Positions 12,919 to 24,280 of a DNA stretch of 64,000 nt are shown one piece after another. A model generated the notes under the pieces. It worked only from the letters and a program-made list of their open reading frames with translations. It did no database searches and had not been told where the DNA came from. The DNA is from Lama glama (Eukaryota), in contig CM052817.1 in assembly GCA_028534125.1 (NCBI GenBank), forward strand, positions 90,026,001-90,090,000. Direction: 5' to 3'. A program made the translations under genes and the position numbers. How positions within the stretch are numbered: position 1 is the first letter of the stretch; the number at the start of each line of letters is the position of its first letter.

Positions 12919-13704
12919 CTGGAAACCAAATAGACAGTACTGATACCTGGAAACAACCTCCCAGTACACACAAGCTTTATGCAAAGAAAAACAGTCACTC
13001 ACTATTTCATCCTAATTAACTGAACATAGTATCTCTGTTTCAAAGATTTACATATACTGGACTATGACAGACCATGCAGCCAGCCACCAAACAGAGCTGA
13101 AATAGATCCCAGAGAGATCTGGATGATCTCATGCAGCTAGCTTTTTCTTTTAGAAGGAAGATTCCTTTGTAAATAACTGATTGATTTCCTCTGTTTTATA
13201 GTTCAGATTAAAGTGACCAGTTATCAAAATACCTGGGGGATGCTGTAGAATACAACACTCTAATACATGTAGTTAAAATAATGTCACAAAAAATTCAGAA
13301 GTTGAACAAATACATATGCACTGAGATGGGATTATGGAGACCTCAGTTTTTTAATTTTTCTTGCAGAACATAACTATGAGAATCAAGCAAGCCCTTTTAT
13401 TTCTGGCTTAAAGTCTCAATCTGGGAAGTAAGGAGATTCTAACTAGGTAGACCTTTGCTAGCATCACACTTATTTTTCAATATTATATATAGTACATGCA
13501 AGGAAATTCTTTATAAGAAACTTAAAACACTATGTTAAGATGTATATACTTGTTACACCTACATAATGTAAGTTGCATTCTATTTAACTGCATATTGTTA
13601 GTATTGTTACTTATCAGTGGAAGCGTTTTAGAACTAACACATACAGAACTTCTGATCACTAACAGCTGACTTTGTCAGTGATTAGGTGCAGAGTATGATC
13701 TTAC

Positions 13705-16191
13705 CTCAACAGCAGGGGTGGCGTGGGTGAGCTCTAACGAGAAATTCTCTGGCACGTGGTTCGAGGAGATTGTCACCAAACTGTTGAGGGACTGGTGACT
13801 GTTGTGACTCTGCCGGCTGCCCATTTGCCCTCTTTCTAAGGTAGGAGATGAAGATGGAGACGACCTGTGATGAGATCTGATAGGCAGGGTGCCATTTACA
13901 GTAGGCACCAACGTGATGTCCCCTTTATGAATCTGTCTGGAGGGTCTTTTTGGGTGGTGCTGGTAAGTTGATTCTGCCACCCTGCAGTTGTAGGATCTTG
14001 TGTCTTTCTTTTCTCGGTTACACCTAGTTGCAAACAGCACCATAATAACCAACAACACTGCACAAATTGCTCCTAAGGAAATAATTATAATCATGGAGAC
14101 ATCCAAGGATGTCTGGCTTATTGAGGTCATTGCTGTACTTGTCACTGACTCTGCATATTCAAAGATGATACACTTCAGAAGGACTTTGGTATGAAGCTGA
14201 GGATTGCCTTTGTCCTGGATGACAACTGAGAGCTCCCATTCTGTGTAGGGAACAGATTCCATGCTTACGTTGGTATGGATGTCACATGATCGTGGATCAA
14301 TGACAAAGATATTCTCCTCATTACCTGCTACTATGGAGCAGCTGAGTTCAGCATTCACACCAGAGTCTCTGTCAATTGCCCTTACTCTTGTGACGTGAAA
14401 GCCGCTTTCAGCCCCTCTGGGGATGGAGATTTCTGCGGTGTTATTGCGCAGTGCAGGCCCTATAACCACGGGGACATTGTCATTTTCATCGATGATGGTG
14501 AGCACAACTGTGGTATTGCTTACAAGTTGCTTTGGACTTCCACCATCTCTTGCTTCGACCACAAAAGTGATCTGACTCACTTCCTCATGATCAAAGATTC
14601 TGAGGGCATAGATGGCTCCATTAGATGGGTCAATGGTTACATATGTAGTTATGGAACTTCCGAGGATAAAACTCTCCAAAATGGTATATGTAACTTGCCC
14701 ATTTTCTCCAAGATCAGGATCTGTGGCTGTAACAGTGGTGATATATGCCCCTGGCGAGTTATTCTCCGAGATTGCAAATTCATATCGACTTCTCTGGAAG
14801 TGGGGTGGATTGTCATTTATATCATTGATTTGAACAGTAAAATGTTTTACTGTGGAGAGACTGGGTGTCCCCTTGTCCTCCGCGATTACAGTCAAACTGT
14901 ATTCAGATCTCTTTTCTCTATCCAACGTGGCATTCGTCAAGATTAAATAATTGTTTTCATAAGTCTTCTGAAGTTTAAAGTGACCATGTCCATGAAGCTT
15001 ACAAACTATTTCTCCATTCAGCCCAGAATCCTTGTCCTGAACCCTGACCAAGGCAACAAATGTGTCAACAGGATCCCCTTCAAAAATATAAGATATTTCT
15101 TCTTTTCCAGGAGACATGAGATTTATGTTAATTTCAGGTTTATTGTCATTAACATCCACAACCTTAATTATAATTTTGCAATGAGCTGGGATTGAATTCG
15201 GACCCAAATCTTGAGCCTGAACATCAATCTCATAGGATTTGGTGATTTCATAATCCACTTGCTTGAAAAGAGTCAAATGTCCTCTTTCTGAATCAATCTT
15301 AAAAGTCTCTATAATTTTGGGAGACACATGACTGCTGAAGGAATAGACAATTTTCCCATTAGCGCCCTCATCTGGATCAGTGGCATTCAGGTCTAGAAGC
15401 AAAGTGCCAACGGGGGAGTTTTCTAAGAGTTGTATTATATAAGACTGCTGCTCAAAAGCAGGGCTGTTGTCATTAGAATCAGAAATGCTGATTTTTAGGA
15501 TGGATGAGCCAGACCTCTGAGGCACCCCCATGTCCGAGGCGGTGAGCTGAAGCTCGTAGCTTGACTTCAGCTCTCGATCCAGCTCTCTGACCACTATGAG
15601 CTCTGCATACTTGGCTCCATCAGTCCTGGTCCGAACCTCGATATTAAAAAAATCATTGGCTGAGAGAGAGTACGTGTGGAGGGAATTTTCCCCAACATCT
15701 GGATCAAAGGCACTGTCCAGGGGAATACGAGTCCCGACTGCTGCACTCTCCGAGATCTCAATAGGTATGAGAGATCTTGAAAACTGGGGAGAATTGTCAT
15801 TAATATCCAGCACTTCAACTTCAATATGGAAAAGCTGCAGATGCTCAGTCGGTAGAGTGATCACATCAAACTCTATAGAACAGTTCAAGTTTTTCTGGCA
15901 TAGTTGTTCACGGTCAATCTTTGCCCCTATGCTGATTTCCCCATTATCCTCATTTACTACGAGGAGAGGAGAATTTCCCCTTTGCATGGCTCGAAAACGA
16001 ACAGTAGAAGGATTAGGCAGCTTCACTAAAACATCAGCCACATCCTCTGATAGTCTTGCAATTACCGATCCAACCCTCTGCTCCTCATAAATCCTGTATT
16101 TTAAATTCTTGCCTAGTACATCGGAGTTGAAAGATACCACCAGGAGTGCAAACACAAATCTAAAGTGCATTTTAGCATTCATTTGGTGCAT
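13705..16191 (-). CDS. PCDH18: Protocadherin-18 coding exon 1 (signal peptide, six cadherin repeats, transmembrane helix, start of cytoplasmic tail)
   Basis: Long ORF starting MHQMNAKMHFRFVFALL, with repeated cadherin Ca-binding motifs (DRE, DxNDNxP, AxDxD) and TM segment IIIISLGAICAVLLVIMVLF. Ends at donor GAG|GTAAGA (13705/13704). 2487 nt, 829 codons, phase 0. Confidence 0.98.
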
Positions 16192-16620
16192 CAGTCAGTT
16201 TATGAGATTCCTCTCACAGAGCGAGGTAAAACAGCAAAGCAATTCCCTCAACTTCCTTTGGCAACTTAAAGCTAAGCTACATTTGGTACTGGAAACTTGA
16301 AAGCGTCTCTTAGTAATACAGCACAGCAATTAACAGCTCGCAAACTTTTGTCTCATACACACCGTGTCACGACTTCCAGATATTACCGGCATTGGAGTCC
16401 ATCCAATCCTTGCATTTGTTTGGCTGTTTGTCCTGTTGGCAGGCAAAAAGGTGTCACCTCCGCGTTTTCCCCTTCCTGTAGTCGGAATCCGTCTATTGCA
16501 GGGTGCCGGCGGAGTCTGCGGTGGATCTTTCCCGAGCGATTCTTTCTCCCTTTCTCTGCTCGGCTGCAGACTAAACACCCGTGATTGCTGACTCCAGTCG
16601 AAAATCTGTACAACTTCACT
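16192..16620 (-). other. PCDH18: PCDH18 5' UTR (TSS approximate)
   Basis: Lies between the start ATG and the CCAAT box. CpG-enriched. TSS inferred from promoter-element spacing, not observed. Confidence 0.55.
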
Positions 16621-16940
16621 TCAACTCAGACAAAGCTCTCTTGCCCGGCGTGTGTTGAATCGCTTCCAGCCAATCAGCGTCCTTCCAAATCAAAAGCTGA
16701 TGGAGTCCCCAAAGCGAGGGCAGGGCGGGCGGGAGTGGAGGGTGGGAGAGGGAGGGAGACGGAGAGAGAATCGGGGAGGAGGAGGGCGGGGGCTGGGGGC
16801 GCGGGAGCGAGCGGAGCGAGCAGGGCCATTGGGGGCTGGGGTGGAGGATGGGAGAGGCTCCTTCACTGCTCCTCCCTTCCTCCACCCCTCTCCCCCTCCT
16901 CTTCTCCTTCTACTGCGTTTACTTTCTCTGAGCGTGCCAC
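16620..16940 (-). promoter_or_regulatory. PCDH18 proximal promoter
   Basis: NF-Y-type AGCCAATCAG (CCAAT 16670-16674), GC boxes GGGCGG at 16723-16732 and about 16784-16789, CpG- and GC-rich patch in an otherwise AT-rich window. Confidence 0.8.
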
Positions 16941-19900
16941 GACAAAGGGAAGACAAATTATAGAAGAAAAACTTTAAATCAACTTCTGGTCGCCTTTATT
17001 TATATGGCATTTTAAATTGTCCTGGTTTTCTTAATTGCTCGTTCTTCTTACACAAACATGTAATCTTCTTGCTTTTCATAGTCTTTGGGTACTGGTTTAA
17101 CTTAACATGCCTCTAAGTGTATTTTGCTGGTGGAGGAATTTAATAAAATTTGAAAACTTGCTTCTAATTATGCTTCTCAGCCCGCCCCCCTCCCCTCCCC
17201 CTCTGGAAAGGCTTGGGTCTTTCTCCTTGTGTGAGCACAAGCAGATTCTTAGGGCTCTGTTTTAAAGAACAGAACAAGTAAAGAGGTTTCATTTTCTGTT
17301 TTTCTTTCATCTTCATTCTTTGAAGATAAGTAAAGGGCTATTTTGCACTCTTGATTCCTCTTAATTAGCAAGATTTAAAGGAACACCTTAGGATTTGAAA
17401 CTAATTAACAGTACGGTTCTACGTTATAACACTTCTTTCCTAGAGTTTGGGCAAAACTGGCTGTGATACTTCTTTGTCCTGTAGTTCAGAAATCCTATTT
17501 ACCTTTGGTAAAAGGCATTTCATGCTTTAGCATGTCATTTTATACCAAAGGGTAGAATCTATACATGGTGAGTCTTCACAATGAATACTGGGTGGGGCAG
17601 GGGGCTTGGGGGCATGGACTCAGTCGTTTACAAGTCAAATTTTTATAATATATGTATTATTTATGAGAATGTTTTTAGGATATGTATTTTAAAAGCCCAA
17701 AGCTTGTTTACATTGAAGAATAAAATGCCTGAGCTGAAAATTGCATTTTGTGTGCATCAAAATGCTAAGGAAGTATCATGGGAGGCTTGTGCTCTATCCA
17801 GGTCACAGAAACTGATATGGTATTCTTATTTGAAAATATGATTATTTATGATGTTCTTTCTGCTCTGCAATTCCTTTTAAGTTTATCATCATGGCTCTAG
17901 TCTTGCTGTTTTTTTTTCATACCTCTTGCATTATTCCTTAGCTGTCTTCATCCACTTGCATATTTGCTGTTTCACATAATCTCACTGTCACTTTTTTCCA
18001 TTTATTTTCTCCCACTCTCTGTTTTGCCCCCCAGAAACATATTTTTTAAGAAAGCAATTTTCTGATTTTTCCACTTTGCTTACTCTCAGCAGAGCTCAGC
18101 TAAATTCACTAAGAAGGTTCTTTCTAAAAAAGAAAGCAGAGGAGTCTCAGCGTGAACTCTCCTTCTTTTTAGGCATTCAAAAGCATTTTATAAGCCATTG
18201 TCTTCCCCGCCCCCCCCCCAGAAACCAGTGCTGTGTGGCAAATTGTGCAGAATAGAATTGTCTATAATGAATATAGTTAGTACTGGGTCACGCTGGTGAA
18301 CATTCTGCCCCCTTGAATAATACTGTTTTACAAGTTTGTAGCTCTTTCAAATTACTGATCCCCAAACCCTATAGGCAAACTAGGAAAACTACCACAAGCA
18401 ACTGGGACTTTAGAAACCCATAGCCATCTGGTCTAGATCTCGAACAATCTAAGCCAATAATTATATCAGTTCAGGCTTTAGTGAACCCCTTTGCAAACAC
18501 CAAAAGAGCAAAGAAAGGAATTAGTGACTATTCAAAGTTGGGGTGAGAATTCAAAAGTAATCTAATTCCGTTAGTTCTAGGAGAGTTTTCTTTATGGATT
18601 TGATAAGTCTACCCCCCAAAACCCCAAGAGCAATGGATTTGATTACCTTAATGTAGAGGACATTTTCCCCTAATGCTTAAAAAGTAGAAATATTTCTAAA
18701 ATCTTTCTTTTATTTCTGACAGTGAGCTTGAACAGAACTGATTATTGTGAAAAAGAGCTTCAGAGTAACTTACTGAAATAGTTAAAGCAGGTTGTAAATT
18801 AATATATACTCATAAATGTGTTTCCATGAGTAAGTCTTTGAAGAACTTGGAATCTTTTCATGGAGAAGAGCTTTTTTCACTTGCTCCATCATCTTTACCA
18901 AATATTGCTTCAATTTCAGCTGGCCAGTCTCTCCCTGAGGAATTATATAGACCTACTTGATAGTATTTTGCTTTTGATTTCTCCTCAGTAAATATTACTC
19001 TGTTTTTCAAACTAGTTTTCAAAAAGTACAGAATAGAAACTAAATCTTTCCTTTGAACTTTTGATTGGTTCCAGCAATTCAGAATGTCCTTATTTGGTAG
19101 TGTTGAAAAGAAAATACCCAAAAAAAGTATCTTCCTTATAAGTTGCTATTTCTGAAAAGATTTGAATCAGGGGAGAAAAACTGATAAACTTCGTTAGATG
19201 TCATCTAATGGTGACTGGATTGAACTTTCGTCTGGAATTTTACAAAGTCATGAAGAAGTGGTAGATTTCTAGAACAACTTCTTAGATATCCCAGTGAAGA
19301 AGGAGTGATTGAATGTTCCTTGAAGTCCTTCCACCTTTGCAATGGCAGCATTTGTTGACAAGAAAGGAGGTGGCTCCACCTTTGGAGGACGACCATGGCA
19401 TTCTGAGTGATAATGGGCACTCGGTTCCTGCAGGAGGATGTCTCTGCTTCCATTGTCTTGTGAATATTTTATTCACAAACCTCCTTTTACCACTTCTACC
19501 TAAGTTGGCTGAAAATTGCTTTTTTCTAGAGACTAGAAAAAAGATCCCAGCTGGCATATGCAATATATCCTGTCACCTCTAATAACACTTTCTTCATGCC
19601 ATTTATGGTGATTACTTTTGTTTTAAAACAAAGCTTTATAATTATAAATTTTTAATGCTTTTTTCTTTCCTGCTGAAGAGGAAAGGAAATGTAAGGCTCA
19701 ATTGTAAAGCTCATACATCTCTCCACTACATGAAGGATAGTGACTTTTTTGGTACTGGAATACAAAATTAAAGTCATTAAAATTTCTTACAAGTAGTTGT
19801 GAATTTTAAAAATTCTTAGTTGTTAATTTGTGTTAGTATAGGATCTCACAATCTTCTAGTAGATTGACATAACATGATAACCTTTCTCATAGCATTTGTT

Positions 19901-21633
19901 ATGAAATGCGTTGTAGGAGGAACTCATGGTCTTCTTGACACCATATGGCTATAAGAAGCTTAAATAATTACTGTGTATCTGGTGAAATTAAAGGATAGAA
20001 AATGCTTTACTAGACAAAAGTTGGTGAAGTTAAGAAATCTCAATACACTGGAACTCTTTAAGATAAAAACCTTGACTTTTTATATGAGCCCAACATATAT
20101 ATGAATACAGGTACCACCAATTGGTAGCTATGCAATCATAAACAAATTATTCATTTCCTCTGAGTCTGTTTAATCTTCTGGGAATGGTAATAATTTACTA
20201 TAAAGAATTCTTATAAGAATTAAAAAGTTGCTTTCCACAGAGGCTGGCCTGGAGTAAACATACAACAAAGGTTAGTTTCCTTTTCTTAGCCTCTGTGTGT
20301 CTGTTTTCTTCCTAACATCCATTGAAAAAAAAAATAAAGTGAATTATAGCCACAGTCCTTGTTGCTTTTCAAGCTTTTGGTTTAGATGCTTATATAATTT
20401 TACACTGAAAAGATGAAGGTCTCCCCATTTTTTATTTATGAAGGTCACTTGTGAAACATAATTGACAAAACTAATAGTACTGATCTATGATGGTCTTGAA
20501 AACTTACTGGTTCACTGAAGAAAATTCTACAGGGTCCATCAAATACATATACCTCCAGACTCTAAACAGTAGAAACATGTCTAATGATACAGTTGAAAGA
20601 AGTCTATCAGGTGCTTAATTATATATTTGGTAGGATACGCATCTGGTATTGCCGGCTCTCAAATCCTTTGTGAAACAGTGATTTCTTTTTAATATCATGT
20701 CATACCATACTGAGTAGACAAAAGGATGTAATTTGATATGATAGCTTGTCAAAGACAAGGAAAGATAAAACTTGTCAAATAAGATTTTCATTTAAAAAGT
20801 ACTATTAGACCTTTTATCAGTCATATTACATCTCTTCATGTTGTTGTCCCTGTCTTCCATTGACTAATCAAGAATATACAATGTAAAATCACTGAACAGT
20901 ATGAACTCTGTATTGGAACAAAGCTATCAACATACGATCAAGGGTTGGGATATGAGAATGGATCCTAAATTATCATGAGACTTGTGAGATAGAAATAGAG
21001 TTTAGTAGAATTCTGATCAAAACAATGGGATAAATGCCCATGGGAGGGCCACACGCATGGAGGCATAGCTGTGCAGGTGCCAGGAGGCAGCGTCAGTGGG
21101 AGGCCAGGAAGAGCTGGAGTCCATGAAATACAGTGACAGGTGCTAGGCCAATTTTGTCTGAGTGGGCAATCAGCATTTGGGATGTCCTGCCAAAGGTACA
21201 ATGCCAAGTTCCAGCAGGTGACTTCAGGTCTGGCAACAGGCAATCAGCTGAGTCCAGATGCAAGGCATGTAGGTAAGCTGCTGTTCATTTTAGGACTTCA
21301 GGCCTTCTGAACCAGACAGGTTGTGAAATTAGATATTACAACGGAGAGAAAAAGACAGGCACCTAAGATCCAGTATTCTGAAAATGGGCACATATAGGGC
21401 GCCTAGATAAAATCTGAGACATCATCGCAACATTAAACTCAATGGCAGCAAAGTTGATTTTAGGGTTAATTATCTGAACTGTTAGAGAGTCTCTTAAATT
21501 TCCTTCCCAACAGGGCCATATCCTGAGGCAGAAACTAAGCCTGCAAATTGTGTTCCCAAAGTTGCTGCTGAGATTTGAGGGACGGAGGGGGAGAGCTAAC
21601 CCTTAAGTGAGTTGAATCTCAGTTCTTAATTTA

Positions 21634-21803
21634 AAGCATTGCTGCACAGTGTATGGTCCATAGAGAGCAGGCTGGGCATTATCTGGAAGCTTGTTAGAAA
21701 TGCAGAATCTCAGACAGCACCTCAGACCTACTCAAACAGATTCTGCATTTTAATAAGATCCTTGGCTGATTTCTATGCACATTAAAGTTTGAGACACGAT
21801 GCT
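21634..21803. mobile_element. MER5A-like hAT-Charlie DNA transposon
   Basis: ggaagcttgttagaaatgcagaatctcag...cagacctactcaaacagattctgcattttaataagatcc...tatgcacattaaagtttgaga. Confidence 0.85.
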
Positions 21804-23699
21804 GCGAAGAGTAAGCTATTGTCTGAAACCCTAGCATAGTGGTCAAAACTCTAGCATAATGGTACTCAGACCCTATATGCTGTGAGATTTTGCTCCTCCA
21901 GGGGGTCTAGACAATTGGCATATGGTAACGATTACCATAGAAAGGGCCAGAGCTGAGATTCCATTTACTCAAGAATATAAGTAGAAGTGATATAAGAAAA
22001 CTTCTCTATTTAGTTAAATTCATAGAAAGAAAAGAGTTTCCCTCTGGATCCAATGTTTTATACCAGTTATCTTCCTGTCCTTACCTATTTAAGCAGTATA
22101 CTTATCATTAGGGAAGGAAATACTTCTCAGAAAAAGAGATCTAATTCTTTTTGAAGAGCTGTTCCTAAAGGCAAAAATATTTCCAGTGTCATTACATAGA
22201 TGTGTATTTGTACATATGAATGTGCTTAGGAATCTCTGAGTGGGTGTTTTCCATCTGTCCGGTATACATACATGACATGTTTGCTTTCTGTTTTCTTCAT
22301 GCCAATAGTCCTTCATCACTGAGTGCTGTGGGAAAGCACATCTTGAGTGCACTGTTTATTTATCCTTAACTATTTCTAGCTCAAGATAAAGAAAAGAAAT
22401 TGAAGTGTGACAAAAAAATTATTGCCAATGCTTAAAGCTTTTGTGTTCATATTAAAATCTGTTTTATATATAATTCTTCTGGGTGCTTCTAATAAATATC
22501 TGATTTATCCAACCATTTTTCCCCCAACTAAAAGCATCCACTTTTTTTTTTCAAAGTACAGAGACTGGTGTCCACACTTAAGAATCATTTCTAAAAGTGT
22601 AAATGAGGACTAATGACTTAGCTGTATTAGCATCCACTTAAATAATGAAAAATCAAATCAATGCTATTTTAGAATATATTAGATTACCTTAAAACTTTTT
22701 GGAAGAAGGTAGGTTAAGCTTAAATAAGTATCTATTGACTATTACCATCAAAAGTATACAAAAAAATTTACTGTTATTAAATACAGCTAGGTTAATTGCA
22801 ACTTCAATGTCCAATTGCTTTTTTACGTAGAATTTGTGGGAAATTATTCACTTCACAGTTACCACCCACCAGTTGAACCATTTTTAAGAGGGGCAGTTGA
22901 GGCTTTGTAGTGCACAAGAGCAATGTTTCAAATTGAGGGATGCTTAATTTCACAAGGAAAAGAAAAGGTTCAAGGTTTTCTGTTAAATAGCACTTTTCGT
23001 CAAGAATAATTGAAATTTCATAAAATAAAGAAAATCAGTGATTAATAGATTTATAACATGGAGTAGATACCTAGCTATATAGCTGGTCTCTGGAAATGTT
23101 CTTCTCATTCCTTTACCAACCTACAAAAGAAATAGTTTGTACATATTTTTTACATAATAAATGTCTTAATGTATGTCACTTATACAGAAAATGTTTCAAC
23201 TGGAACAAAACTGTAGAGAGTTGCTCAGCATTTATTGAAAATAATGCCTGTTTCCTATAAGGCACATAGCAGGCTACCACTTGTGAAAACATGATGCCTC
23301 TTTATTATCATTTGGTATTTATTTTGAAATTGGATAAGTTAACTGTTGTAATAAATTAGCTAATGATAGTCAATAGTCTTTATCCACAGGAATTTAATTT
23401 CCAAAGAAGATTCTCATTTTAACAGTACAGCATTTTTTAAAATGCCTGCCTAAAAACAGTAGAACATTTTAGAAAATATCTATTCCAAAATGTAATTAAG
23501 AGGGCAAATTTAAGAGTTCACACTTAGAATGAGTTACTCATAAAAAATACTATCTAAAATAGCCATTATATGTCAAGGTCTTGAAACACAATAAAAATAA
23601 AGGTAATAGTTATTGACTACCACTATATGCCAAGTTCTTTATATATATATGTATTTCCTCATTTAATTTGTACTGTAATGTTTGTAATTGAAATGTTTA

Positions 23700-24280
23700 T
23701 AATTGCTAGAAATAAGTGAGATACAAGTAATAGAACCGAGCCAAAGTGTCAACATGAAGGAGTTTATTTAAACAAAACGCAAGATACACAGAGATAGGAC
23801 ATTTTTGACACTGAATAATTAAGCAGCTCAGTGATGCCACCATGTCCCATGTTTCTTCCATCCTTCTACTCCTTCTTCTTGAATGTGCTATCTTATCCTT
23901 CTTAACAGGGGCTCATTGACCTTCCCAAGATCTGTTACAAATCTAAGAAGTGTCTCCCTCCCTAGCTAAATGGAGAGTTACAACAAGGTGTTATTTCCTT
24001 TATAGAGTTTTTTCATCAAGAAAAAAATATATTCTAGGAGCCTTCTGTTGTTATCCCCTTAAATAAGCTCATTGGTTGGATTTGTGTCACATGATGATTC
24101 TTTACACTCTAGCAAGGAGAGGGGAGTTGTCATAATTGGTCTAGACTGATGAAGTTTTAGCCCTGGGTTCCAGGGAAAGCTCCTCTAGTTCATACAAAGT
24201 GTTAAGATATTGGGATTCAGTTAACAGAGTGGAGGAGAAAGTGGTTATTGAGTGGAGAGCAAGTATTGTCTGCCACATTA
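23700..24280. mobile_element. Degenerate MaLR (MLT1-like) LTR
   Basis: gctagaaataag...gagtttattt...ctcattggttggatttgtgtcacatg...agcaagtattgtctgccaca resembles old MLT1 LTRs. Confidence 0.45.

Noticed and set aside
14000..16300. Several + strand ORFs (up to 183 aa) opposite exon 1
   Set aside because: Antisense shadows of the cadherin-repeat coding sequence.
16585..16977. Gly/Arg/Pro-rich ORFs across the promoter
   Set aside because: By-product of low-complexity G-rich and C-rich promoter sequence.
20960..21560. GC-elevated block, with a similar one at about 29080-29720
   Set aside because: Probably ancient LTR relics, but I cannot assign a family or show coding potential.
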